Below are positions 37,648-51,107 of a DNA stretch of 64,000 nt, piece after piece. Source of the DNA: Owenia fusiformis (lineage: Eukaryota); contig CAIIXF020000001.1 of assembly GCA_903813345.2 (NCBI GenBank), positions 13,144,001 through 13,208,000 on the forward strand, in the 5' to 3' direction. The notes beneath the pieces are model-generated. The model did not search any database, was not told the DNA's origin, and saw only the letters and a program-made list of their open reading frames with translations. Position 1 is the first letter of the stretch, and each line of letters starts with the position of its first letter. The position numbers and the translations under genes are program-made.

Positions 37648-38077
37648 CCCAAATGCGAGTAGGTAGTTACCAGTTTCACCACCAGGTGGCTGATTCGGGT
37701 CAATTAACATGGCAGGTATATAAGAAAGTTCCCCTAAACTTGAATATTATCAATTTAAGTGGCTCAATTTTCATATAACCCTTATGCGTCTGATACTTAT
37801 ACTAATGAGAATATGTCCAGCAAAGCAAAATATTATCTGTCCACTAAAAGAAAAGATATTTCATTTTTTGTGATTTTATAGCATAGGGTCTATGGGGAAT
37901 CTCCCCGAGCTAGAAGTCACATTTTCAAAGAAAATTAATTTTTCAAAGTTGATAAACACTTTTTAAAACCACATTTCTAGATGTAATTTTACATGTAGAT
38001 TTCAAATATGATATTACTTTGACTGAATTTTGAATTTTTAATGACGTAAATCAAGATTATTTCTACTCGCATCTGGG
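37648..38077 (-). mobile_element. MITE with CCCAGATGCGAGTAG TIRs (intact copy)
   Basis: Reverse-oriented homolog of 33486-34744, flanked by TTA on both sides. Confidence 0.8.
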
Positions 38078-41000
38078 TTATTAGGCTGATTCCCTTTATG
38101 GAACATTCAACAAACCCTAATTATAGGAACCTTACATCATTTCTATTCTGATACTTATCGCATATTCTGATCTTTCAGTCCCTCTTTATCTCTTGCTTAT
38201 GATGTAGCATCTAGACTGTGAGCCCACAATGCTCATTACATCTTTTTTGTTTTCCTAGAAACATGCATTTTGTGACGTCCCTATGAACAAATAAGGTATC
38301 GTGGTTAATGGTTTTGATGAATAATTTCTTATTAGGGATGAATTTAAATCCATCACTTTTTGCTCTTGAGATTTTTATTATTACACAGTATACATATATA
38401 AAATATCAATTCTCTTCCAGTTTTATTAAAACGTGAAGATTCTGATTTTTAACTGGCTGATAATTAGCTGGCAATAAATATGTGATTAGAGATTGGAAAA
38501 TCGTCTGGTTTTGCTCCATGCATGTGTACTCAAGCAGGAATGGTAATTGATGATGCAACAAATATGACACCTAGGGGGACACATTTATCTCAGAAATATC
38601 ATTCAGATGCAGCTTGTTATGGTGACCTAGAGGAAGGGCAGGGGAAATATAACTTGTAAGATCACCAGGCATTCTTCAAGCAGAGTTAGAATGTGCCAGT
38701 TGAAGTATAAGCATTGGATATTAACTTTCTACATTCTACAACAGAGTTCATAAATGTGACTAGTTGATTGCTACTTTAATAATAGGTAACTTATTTTATT
38801 AGTTTATTGAAAACTTTTAATTATTTTTCAATATTAGATTGCAGCAGGTGATTTTTTTAATAATATGACTGTTATTTTCAATTTTGTTCCTTTATGATAA
38901 TTTATCAATTCTATGTCTATAAATTCATCTGTTCATATGAGAGCTTGACTTCATCTATAGTTTTACTAATTGCTAGCCTTTGGGTTTCAAGGTAAGTCTA
39001 AAAATGATTATTTTCACTCATATAATGAATTTTACCTTTGGTTATGGTTATGGTTACTCAAATGGGTATATATAATGTATGTTTGGGACTAATGACACTA
39101 ATGACTTCTGACAATATCAGATTGCAGAAATCATAAGTCCATTGTATCCCTTCCTTGTCATGCTCATAAAAATTGTGTGGTTAGATTATGTTACAGACAA
39201 CAGAATAATCATTCTTTATGGGAGTCAGAAAATCTAAGATTTGTTATTGTTAAAAGCATTTAGAAATTTTTTCATCTAACATTCTTTCTTTGAGTTGTAT
39301 TTGGAGCTCCGAATCAATACTCTCTATACATAAGGTATTGGACCTGTTTATGAATATCTTTATAAAAGTTATTGAGAAGTCACAATCAATCATGAAAACA
39401 TTCTTTCAACACTAAGATGCATGCCAAGACCATTGAAAGGTTACATGCCAACAGGCGTGCTTGGAAATATTGTATGATGCTGATTTGGGAAAAATGTATT
39501 CAGAATAGACAATGGAGGAAATAGCTTGGAGAAAGTATGTAAAATATAGACACACTTTTCAACTTTATAGATAGATTGCTGATTCTACTAAAGAATATAT
39601 GTAGAGTTCAGTAAAATCAAGAGATATCATTTGATAAGCATATAGGATATATGGTTGGGTTCACCCGAGAGGTTGCATCTCGTATCTTATATTAATAGTC
39701 CGCTCTAGAGGTAATGTTCCTGTCTGTCCTAATGTGAATCTGCACATCTCCTGCACATCACTAAACAGTTGGATGCACCAAGAATGTGCAACACATGCTA
39801 AATCTTCAACCATATCTATGTATATAATAGGCCTTGTTAGTCTACTTTTATCCATCCATGATTTTCAAATTCAGTCAAGCGGGTGATTTGTTCCATGTAT
39901 TTTGAATGGAGGAGTAATAGTGTGAATCATTTCTGGGGCATGTGTATTGGTCTTTATATTGGTCTGGTTGAATGCTTTATTGCTGCATGGACTATCTGCC
40001 ATACATATTCCATCCCTGTATTTTCGATCTGTGAATGGAAAACTTTATGTTGTTCCATTTAGAATTGGCATATTTATGTCTCTGTAAAAGCTTGGTCTGA
40101 ATTATGTAAAATACTTGAATACCTTGATTTATAGGATCTAATAGAGCATTTATATGTTTGTGATATATCAATAGAAAGTTCAGCAAATAAGTCAAAATTT
40201 TGATTTGTTCAGTCATTGTTAGAATTTACATTTATGTCAGAGGAATACCCTCTGATTTTTTTTATTCGGCCATGCGTGTGTGTAATTAGAGATTTTAATT
40301 GATTATCCAACTCTCACCTGACTTGACCTCATTCTGTCAGGTGAAACATTAAAAATACATGTTAACATGGGCTGTATGTCATAACAGCTCATTAAGGTGG
40401 CTGATAGGCATGTCATACTAGCTCATTATTAACATGTTAGGGTGATGAATATAAATGCAAATGAGTCTGTCAATCTGTCATGTCACATGTGGCAGTCTGT
40501 TTGATAGATTCTAGTCCAAGGGTATTTCACTTCTTTCCATAGCTGCTACAACAGTGAAGCCCAATCTTAGAGGATGGAACTAGGATGTGTATGCCAGAAT
40601 ACCTACCCTGAGTACAGGGTCTAGTTCTAAACTATTGCCACATTCATTGAAGTAGTCTACTCTGAGTGTTCTGTTTGACTAAAATACTGGGAAGTAAGAA
40701 GGTCCAACTTAACATGGTAAACGCCTTTATCTGCTACCTAAAAAATGTTAGTCTGATTCTTGCCTTTTATCTTAAAGGGTGGCATTTAAGTGCAAATGCA
40801 TCTAACAAGATTAGCATGCATGCAGGGTTAGAAGTGAGTGATAACATTAATGCTAATCTAACTGATGTATTGGATGATCATAAACATAAAGATTACCAGA
40901 CTATCTGTGCAATATACTTCACCTATTTATTACATAGGTTTATAGCTATCATGAACAATTTGTTATATTCTGAGTCTCACCACCACTGACACCATGTAGA

Positions 41001-44000
41001 GAATTAATTTCATTGCTAGGTGGGAAAAGATCTTGTAATGTGTCAATTACCAAAAGTGCACAGCTTCAGGAAAACATAGCTGTCATTTACAAAGCAGTTC
41101 TTATAGATCCTTCTTCAACCACCCATGCAGGAATTTGACGTCACAACTAGTTACTTTGGAATTGATCTTCTTGTTTTCTGTTTTGGGAGAAGATACATGT
41201 ACCACCTATTGTTACCATGAATGAAATAAAACCCTGAGGAATTCATTGAAATCAAATTAGGAGCCAAAATTGTGACTGGCTTTAACCCCTTCACCCAAAA
41301 TCAAGATGGTTTAACTTGTTCCCCTTTCCAGTGTTCAATACACAAAGCATGTTTTCAGCTTTTTGAGGAGGAATGGATGGGGTTAGGTTGTCCAGGCATT
41401 TAATCATCTTGAAATACAGTTCAGTCTGTTAATCCTATTTTATTGAATTTATGACAATTACATTTCATGGTAGAAGTATCTCTTGGATCATGTAGAAACT
41501 GCTGTCCATATACTTAATTATTGTTCCCTCATATGCATGGTTTGATAATAAACATGTACTTGAGATTGCTTGACTTGGTAAGTAGAACACTCCAAAACCA
41601 GGCTGAATCTTAATCAATCCATTAATTTGACTTAATTGGTAGAGATTGGCTTATATTGTCACACGGTTTGTGTGATATATTCAATGTACATGACTTAAAC
41701 GAAATGGTCTAGCTTCTGAATAACATTATGAAATAGACCAACATTTATAGAGGATGTACACAATTTCATTCTTTGCTTTACTGGGGGTTACAGCGTTATA
41801 TTGATAATAGGAATATTTTTAACCATTTTGTAATTTCTTGCACAGGGTTTCCATTGCTCAGGACTCCATTGTTCAAAGTTTGCATTGTTGAATGGAATTG
41901 TCTTTCCGGATTGATTATTAGTCATACATTTTTATTTTCTCTATTTTCAATATTTATAAGTGATGCATTTTCACATCTTAAATTACTAAGGTATAACATT
42001 TTCATTTGATCAAAATCAAACTGGTGAAGTCGAAGGAGTATGGAGTTTTCATGCCAATTCAGATATTAGATACATACAAACAGGTGCAAATGTAGAATTT
42101 TATTTAATCTCACCACATTTGTTTACTTAATAAATGTTATTCGGATAAGAATCAACAATTCCATTTTCATTTTGAAGGATTAATATTAGACTTCTGATTT
42201 TACATTAAACGTATAGAGAAGATACAATAATGGAAAACACCAGTGAATACTTTAAAGTCAACAAACATTGAAACATAATGCAAACAACTCTTCAAGTAAC
42301 ATCACTTTGTAGTTCTGTTTTTATTAACTGAATTTCCTTACCTTGAAGGTAAGTGATTCATTTAGGCCATGAAATAAAGTTTTTTGTTTCTTATCTTTAT
42401 AGTTGTATTGTATATGAGGTTTCCTTTGAAACATTCACCTGAAATATGGTTGTTAGATACATTGTGATCTTAAAGTAAGATGAAAAGTGCTCTAACTATT
42501 GTATAATAGTCAGAATCTTGAAAGTTTGAACAGTTACATCTAGATGGAAAATATCATAAAAACAAGCAATTCATGACAAGAAACATACATTCTATCATAC
42601 TGTCCTGAACATAAATATTATTAAAAATGTTTGAATGAGATATTTCGTATGATTGAATTTTCTGATATCAAATATTTGATCACAGATACTATCACATTCA
42701 TAGCCTGGTTGAACATACTGTATGTAACATCTTCATCAGATCCTTATTTCAAATATTGGAATAATACTGTATACTGCGATATCTTCAATCTCAGATCCTT
42801 ATTTCTAGTATTGGTACAGTTTTATGAGTACAATTACACAAACAGAATATTACTCAAAGTTTCCATGACTGAAACACTGACAGTATTTGTTTAGGACTTA
42901 GAGCATGAAGGTTGAGTATGAAATCATGTCAGATCATCTGAACATGTAAAGGCCAAGGGCCATACTCATTGAGAAGCTTTTCACTTGGGACTAAGATAAA
43001 GTAGAATCCAATTGGGACATTTATGGATGGAATGAGCCATCTCAAGTCCATATATCTAATAGAGTTATCAAAAAAGCTTCATATAAACATCAGGAAATCA
43101 ATATATTTCTAAAGGAAGATAAAAGATGAGACAAGATTCTTAAGATAAATTAAATTTCGGTCAGGCTGTCGCTATGGAATTGAGTTTGGGTAGTTTATAT
43201 TAGAACTACATTGACTTTGAGACCAGGTGAAGCATTGGAATGATTTGATTTACCAACCATGCCAGCTGATGCAGAATTTATTAAAAGGTATTTTAAGTAA
43301 TAGTTTATATTACTTCCGCAAATCTTTTGACAAGTTACTTCATTTTACGACAGTTTGAAAAATATTCAGATCAGATCCGAAACCAGGTGATTCATGTTTA
43401 AAATGTCATACATATATTTTCGTAATGAAAATGTATAATCCTTTAATTCATAAAACTGCAAAGGTGCTGAACGAGTGTTCTAGGATTAATATATATCATT
43501 TTTAAGTCGTTATTGTTTATTTTGTGGATGGTGTTTGGCGGTTGGTGTTTGGTATATGTAACAAATGGTAGGTTGTGACATTTTGCATGTTAAAGCAATG
43601 TTTCATATTTCTGATCACACTGTTAATCACAAATTGAAAGTGATGCATGCATCTGTGAATACAGTTTTTAATGGGCTTATAATTGCTTTGCCACTTTGAC
43701 AAAACTAGTGACACGCTCCCTTCAGCCATTCTGTTACTTAAACCATTTCTGCCTTGCAAAGAAAGGAACTAATTGAAGGCTGTGATCTCTCATGATTCCT
43801 GTAGCACATTTTACTCAAGAGAGACTGTATTCTTTTCGGTTAGTTCAAATTTAATTTCCTTGGAATATCAGGATGAATACACCTGCAGATCTATCTCAAG
43901 AGAATGTAAACAAAAAAGCCGCAAGGAGGCGAAGTAAAGCATTTTACTTCAAATAGAAGAAAAATAATCAGATTTATAGGCCTTTCCAATTACTTTTAAC

Positions 44001-47000
44001 ATTCACTAAAATTTATCTATTCTAGATAGATCAGATGCTGTTTATTTGGCTATATATCTGTTCTTCTATTGCAAGAATATGGTCATTGTTTCTGTTGATA
44101 ATCCTTCCTGAATTTTCTCATTATGGACAGTCTATTCCACAGCTTCAATAAATGCCTCAATGTGCAAAGACCCTCATCTAGATTTACATGGGATAGTTAC
44201 CTAATTGGTCATATTTTTGAGTCTGTATGCAAGACTGTATTTTCAATTTAAAAGATCAAGACTGGTTCATATTATCGCCTGGAGGTCATTTTTCATAATT
44301 CTGCAAATGTCATGTTCTGTATTTATATTTACAAGAGATTCATAGATGAGGAATTATTTCTAATATTTCAGTTCCTTGTTGGCAATCAAGTTCAGAGTTT
44401 CTTTATCAGCAGGGTTGTTCTCAAACCAATTAGTAGAGGCTGAACTCAGCTGGAGTTTGATTCTGGAGGCAGCAGTGTAAATGTAGCAACATATAGGATA
44501 CCTCAATTTGTAAATACTTTACCCTTAGGCTCATAGATTGATCAATTGGTGGAGGTATACAAATTCGCCAGTATACCTCCAGAGAAGTCTAATTCAATAC
44601 TGACTCACCGTGAATATTGAGAGTTTCACAGATTGGTTGGTTAGGTTTGTATGAAGACACACTTGTTTATTACACCAATAGAAGTTCCTCTAAGGCAAAG
44701 AGGCCACTTGGATTGATAAGGAAAGTCTATAATGGAACTAGGATATGATAAAATGGTTGATGTTGTCAGGCTTTGAACTCTGTTTGTGACTTTACCCTCA
44801 AGTCAAGCACTAGGAAAATAGGAAATATTGCTACTTATGAAATATTGTGTACTTTTAATTCAGTACAACAGGAATGCTGGTCACTAAGGAACTACCTTCT
44901 TAAAAGGCAATATAATATGGACTGAATTTGATATTGAAATGCTTTGTATTTTAATTAAACCTGGAATATGATTTCTTTTTGAAATCCACTTAGGGTATCA
45001 TATGGAGTCGATCTATAATTAACGAGGCAATATTATTTACTCTTAAGTGATACTTATAATTCGAAAAAGGTAAGTCTTATTTTATTCCTATAAAAAGTGA
45101 TTGATATTTCACTGCAGAGCATTTTTTCTTGTCCCATGGTACACAATCTATATTTCATTGCAAAAGAATCCTGGTTATGGCATGATTAATATCAGCAGCT
45201 GAAACAACCAAATAAAAATGAAATAAAACAAAAATTAATTGGTAAGAATTGATTTAAAGGTAAAATAATATAAGAGTTATTAATATCATGAGGCATGGTT
45301 TTGACATTTCCTATTGGCTTCCGCGTATTCTGTTGTGCTGATAAGTCGGTTTACAAATGCGAGATAAGTATTGTATAACGATATAGCGCTATTGAACAAA
45401 CACTACTTGGTGATATATATATTTGCTGATGAGACATCAGGGATTTCAAGTCTTCATGATATATTAGCACCTGACAGAAACAATTTATTTTTTATGATTC
45501 CTAATCTGTGTAAGATGTGAATTAGAATGTGTTTTTCTATTTCTTTTTTGGATACCATTTTTTTTTTTTTTTCAGAAAATAAATGATGGATAAAATGCCA
45601 TGATGTATTACGAATATAGTTTTTACAATGTATAATCATCTGACATATTCCAATCATTTCTCATGATTCCTGAAATATGTAAGATATGTGAATAAGAATG
45701 TGTTTTCCTGTTTTTCTATTTTTCATTTCATTTTTTACAAAATGACATCGGTTATTGCAATGCCGTATTGGCCAGGATGTTTCCCTTAATCATTTTAAAC
45801 AGCTTAGGGAATTTCCTAGGTGAAAACTACGTAATACTGACATTTTCAATTTCAAACATTTCTACATAACTATCCAGGAGCTCCTGATGTCCAACAAAGA
45901 GCCTTGAGCATAGAATTACTTAGTCTTGGATTAAACATTCAGGGACTTGACCCAGAGCATTACATATTTGGATTTAGTTGGTGGAAATATAGTTCAGATA
46001 TGCAAGCATTCATCTATACCATTTTAATGTCTAGAATTAATAAAAATCTCTGCAATAATCAAGATTTATATTTCCCAGCTTTGCAATGTTTGATGAGGAT
46101 TACCTGACTTAATCACAATTTAACTCTTTTTTATTACCCATCTAATTCTAAATTGTATGGTCACGTTAAGTATCACTGGCTTTCCAGGTTCTCTGGGTGA
46201 TGTGGGGCATTTTTTAAATCATGTGCAGCCCATGCTTTAATTTACAATGTAGAAGTTAGATAAAGATGATAGGCTGGATACATATTCAATCAGTTCCTAA
46301 GATAAGAAAGCACAAAAGGCAAAAAAGGAAAAACCTAATTAAGAAAAAACTTAATACTGTAGTACAATAAAACACACAAACTATAGTTCTCCAAAGTACA
46401 TATAAAATTATATTTAGATACTTTCCATTGAGTAATCACGCTTGGATCACACCCTTTGATCTTTATCAAACTCTCAGAGATTTTTTATTGTCTGTTGACT
46501 TATTTATGAATCACTGGTTTTCCTAGTTACCATGGTATATTTTATACACTGATTCCTTTGAAGTTCCAGGTGAGTTTACAGAAGAGCACTTTACTAGTAG
46601 GAGAATTTGGATTTATTTCAAAGTATGGCATTTACGAATTGATTTTTGTTGAGTGTCAAGTTGTATTTTGTTTCAATTGCACTTTTATAAATGATAATAC
46701 ATGCTTGAAAAGATGTAGAGAGTTCTACATATAGGGAATATCATATGGTCACCTTTTTAAGTTTAACTTAACTTATAGCTGAATATATTGAAATTTTGGC
46801 CAATCATCATTTTTTGTTAAATTGTAGGTTTGACCACATTTGAGTTTAAATTCCTCTTTACAAGCATTTGGATCTACATTAAAAAAAGGTTTGTTTGATC
46901 TTCATCATAGCATTTGTGGAAAAGCTTCATCTTGATTTCTCTTCAGTATTTCAAAGAATATATTGAGGGTACATTTTGGAAAAATATGTAAAATCTTTGG

Positions 47001-49966
47001 TGTGAAATGTTCTGGTACAACTGTTTATTGAGGAAGTTCTTGTGGTATATTATGTCATTCTCTTGTTACAACTTGAAGTTATTGATTACAATATATAATC
47101 TATAATCATTCAGCACTTACCTAAGAATAGTGATGTTTATCAAAATGTACAAGAGTTGTTGAAATAAGGATATTGTATTATGCCACAATTAACACATTGA
47201 TATTACATCACTCAACTGTGTTATTGGATTGTTCCAGCATATGAAACATTGATTGTATTGAAGAAGTTGAATAACTATTGTGATTTTATTTTACATAAAA
47301 CAATAATGCAGAATATACAGACAGAGTAACTGGTTTTTCATTTGGGCTTAATAAATGTAAGCTTTGGATGACTTATTAAGAGTGAAGTAAATGATAGATT
47401 TAAGAGAAGAAAATTAAGTTTTATTGCATCGTGACGTAGTAATGATACGGGACATTTTATGGAAATGAGAACTTATATTCAGTTGACATGTCAAACTTGA
47501 ACACAAGGAAATATGAAAAAATGATGATCTTGACATGTTATTTTCATCTTCATTTCTAAGTAGAGAATTAGGAAGTGTTAGAACCATCAAGAAAAATAAT
47601 GAGTCTTCGTAAGTCACGCAATCACCAAATGGAACCAGTAAAAATTGGGAATCACTTTAGGACTTTGTATCTACATCTATTTTGCTTTCCCTAATGAGGT
47701 TTAGTTAGCTTAATTATTGAAAGTGGAAGAATCCTTCAGATTGGGCATTTATATGACAAGATTCAGCGTTTTACCACAAATAGTCTCATCTGGTTGGTCT
47801 CTAGGATAATTTCGCGAGCAAAACAAGCACTTAAGTTTATTGGTGCTTGAGGGTTCCAGCTATAGAAGATATAGGTAAACAGTGGGTAAGTCATTAATAT
47901 GTTTTATAGGTTTAGCTTCCTGAAGGATACGTACTAGAGCAAAATAACATTTTGAGAAAAACAAAGAATAGTATATTCTTATGAATCAATATTATGCAGA
48001 GATTTTGGTCAAATTTGAGGTTAATACCTAAAAATAAGATAAAATAATCATATAAATAATATTGTTAATAAGATATTTTATCAATTGCTATGTGTTTCTT
48101 ACCAAATAAATGAAAATAGCAGGAATTTAATCAAAATTGAATCAATGATAAATTATTATTTGGGTTAAGAGATTGTAATATAGATCTTGGTCTCAAATGA
48201 ACAAAATGTAATTCCATATGAACAAATTGTTATCCGAAATGTTTGATAAAGCCAGCTGGACAGGCAGACCACCTGCCCCTATCTCTGGGATATAAATTCA
48301 TCTAAATCTCTAGAAAGATCAAATACATATATTCCCCAAGGCAATATAAATAAAATTCAAGGCTATTTATGTATTGGGAAAAAATAACTTCAATTTGTCT
48401 AGACTTTTATATATTAGTATCTTGTGTCCACTTCGTAAGAATTGTTGGATTACGGTAAACTCTTGGGGATGAAGAAAATAGAACTTAAAGGTTACATTCC
48501 TAGAGTTTTGTATGATGTAATACTGACAAGTCAGAGGAATGGACACTCAAGGTCTTGTCATATGATACAACATCAATATGCAGATCAGTATCCTTTCAGG
48601 TAAACCCAAAAGAATGTATTACTATCCCCCATTGTCTAAATAAAAGACCTGTATATACCATAACAGAAACCATTATGGTGCATATCCACTAACTACTTAC
48701 TACTAAATCAAATCACTAGAAAGGATGTAACCTTACCACAGCAGTTGGTATACAGTTGTAAATAAAATCTCTGATTAACACATACATGTACAAAAGAATA
48801 TAAGACAAATTCTGAAGACATCATTTCCAAGGGAAGTCGTGAATAACCCTAAAAGCAGATATAGCATTAAATATAAAAACTGCTGTTGATTGTTATGATT
48901 TAGGTTTCCGGTTGGCTATATCATGGAACTGATAACAACATCATGAAATTCTATTTCTGTTAGAGGTCAACTTGTCCTTCTTCAGTTTAAGCAATTCTAT
49001 ACATAAATATCTAAAAAAGAATTTGTGATAAAGTTTTTACCGTTCATCAATGTTAGCAGATTTAATATACTAATCAATATTTCAGCTTGCAATTGGGCCA
49101 AGTAACATACTTTTGTCGAAATTGTTTTTAAAGACTCGGCCAGGGAGAAGAGAGGAAGGAAAGATACAAATAATTCACGATAATCACAGACCTGCAGAAT
49201 GAGTGCTGTTGCATCTCAAATTGCTCAATATTGCAAAGACCATGCAAATAGTATCTGAAATCCAAGAAAACAACGTGTTTGCTGGCTCAATAAGTATTCT
49301 CACTTCCCTCCAAAGGATACAATATTTCAAAAGTTGACATAACCCGATCTGGTACAAAACAATCAATGAATTGAGAGGCATTTGTTCAAAATTAGCCTGG
49401 GGACTGCTCTTACTTACTCACTACTTCTTACTATAATAAAGATACATTCAGGAGTATATATATGTAGTAAAACCTGTGTATAGTTTGCGGAAAAAGGTGT
49501 TCACTAGAGAGATGTGTTCACTAACTCAGGTTTTACTGTAATTTAAGTTTCAGTATTAATTCATTTTCAGCCGTTATATTTTTTCAAAGACCATTAAGCC
49601 ATTTAATGTCAAGTAGAATGTAGAATCTGGTTTTTATACACAAACTGGCATACGATCAGCTTAAAAAATTCAAAAGCACTAAGACTACTAGTATAAGTAT
49701 TTTCATATTTGTTTGCAAAAACATACTTCTTTAAATTTCTAGAAAATATATTTGAAAATCCAATGAATACTTAATGAGCAATTCAAAGAACTAATGTCCA
49801 TCTTAATTGCTGGTTGATTTTAGCTTGAATCTGTTTCGAAATCTAATCATTTAGAGTGCTACAGGAACCAATGTCCACTCTAACATAGGGACATGAATGA
49901 GTAGCTGTGATACTTAGACTTGTTGATACATGTGCTGACCAGATGATTACTTACATTCTACAATAG

Positions 49967-50360
49967 ACTAGATGAGAGTAGAAATAATTTTCATTTACAT
50001 CATTAAATATTCAAAATTAAGTCAAAGTGATGTCATATTTGAAATCCACGTGAAAAATTGTTTAGCAACTTTGAAAACTTTTTTTTTGAAAATGTGACTT
50101 CTTGTTCGGGGAGATTCCCTATAGACTCCATATTACTAAATTACAAAAAGTAAAATATCTTTTCTTGTTTTGAACAGATGACATTTTCGTTTACTGAAGA
50201 TATTTTAATTTGCAGAACTATTAGATACATATTTTGAAAATTGAACCATGTAATTAAATGTAATTTAAGTTAACTTTCTACTATTCCTGCCATCACTAGC
50301 TAGCTGACACGAACGAGCCACCTGGTGGTGAAACTGGTAACTACCTACTCACATCTGTGT
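49967..50360 (+). mobile_element. Diverged copy of the same MITE family
   Basis: AGATGAGAGTAGAAATAAT...GCCACCTGGTGGTGAAACTGGTAACTACCTACTCACATCTG. Confidence 0.75.
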
Positions 50361-51107
50361 TATTAGATGTGGCAATGGAAACAAGAGGATGTAGAACATA
50401 AATATGATTAATTTACATTTAATTAATTAAATTTGATGAACATTAGTGGTGACATATTGTTATAGCCTCTAACTTTTTGTCGATGGTATTTGGCGGCTGG
50501 TGGTTGGTATTCAGCATCTGTAACAAATGGGAGGTTGACATTTTTCATGTTAATGCCCTATTTGTATCATCTACCTGTTCCATTTTGAAATTTTACTTTT
50601 GAACATGTTGTGCATATTGTTAATTAGTATCAAATACCAAGAAATAAAAAGAAAAAGATGTCAATTAAAACATTTACAAAATCACAAGTTATATAACCAA
50701 ATAAGATTTTTAGAAGACATAACACAGTCTGAGCAACCAATCACAAGATAAAAGTACAATATTTCAGTCTGTTTTTCCATCCATCTACATCTTTACAATC
50801 TATCTTTTCAGTTTTAGGTCTACTAGACTGGAAGTCAAAGGTGATTCAGGAAGACAAAACAAAACTCTATGTAAGACTTGTCAAGGTACTGTTTCAGTTT
50901 CAGATGTTTCTACTGTAATATGAATGAGATGATCTCTATTACAAATATGTTTCATTGTATATTTCCAGGTTTCCTTGTCTACGGTTAGTAAACCAGCCAT
51001 AATAATGTAGACTGCAAAGATACACCCTGGGAAGAAGATATGGTGAACTCTGAAAAATAATACATAAGAAAGAACACTCTTGGTAGAAAGAATGGCAGAT
51101 AAGTAAA

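Noticed and set aside
32200-50900. Numerous 60-107 aa ORFs in the host region
   Set aside because: No recognisable motifs and no chain of phase-compatible exons. They are consistent with chance ORFs in AT-rich intronic or intergenic DNA.
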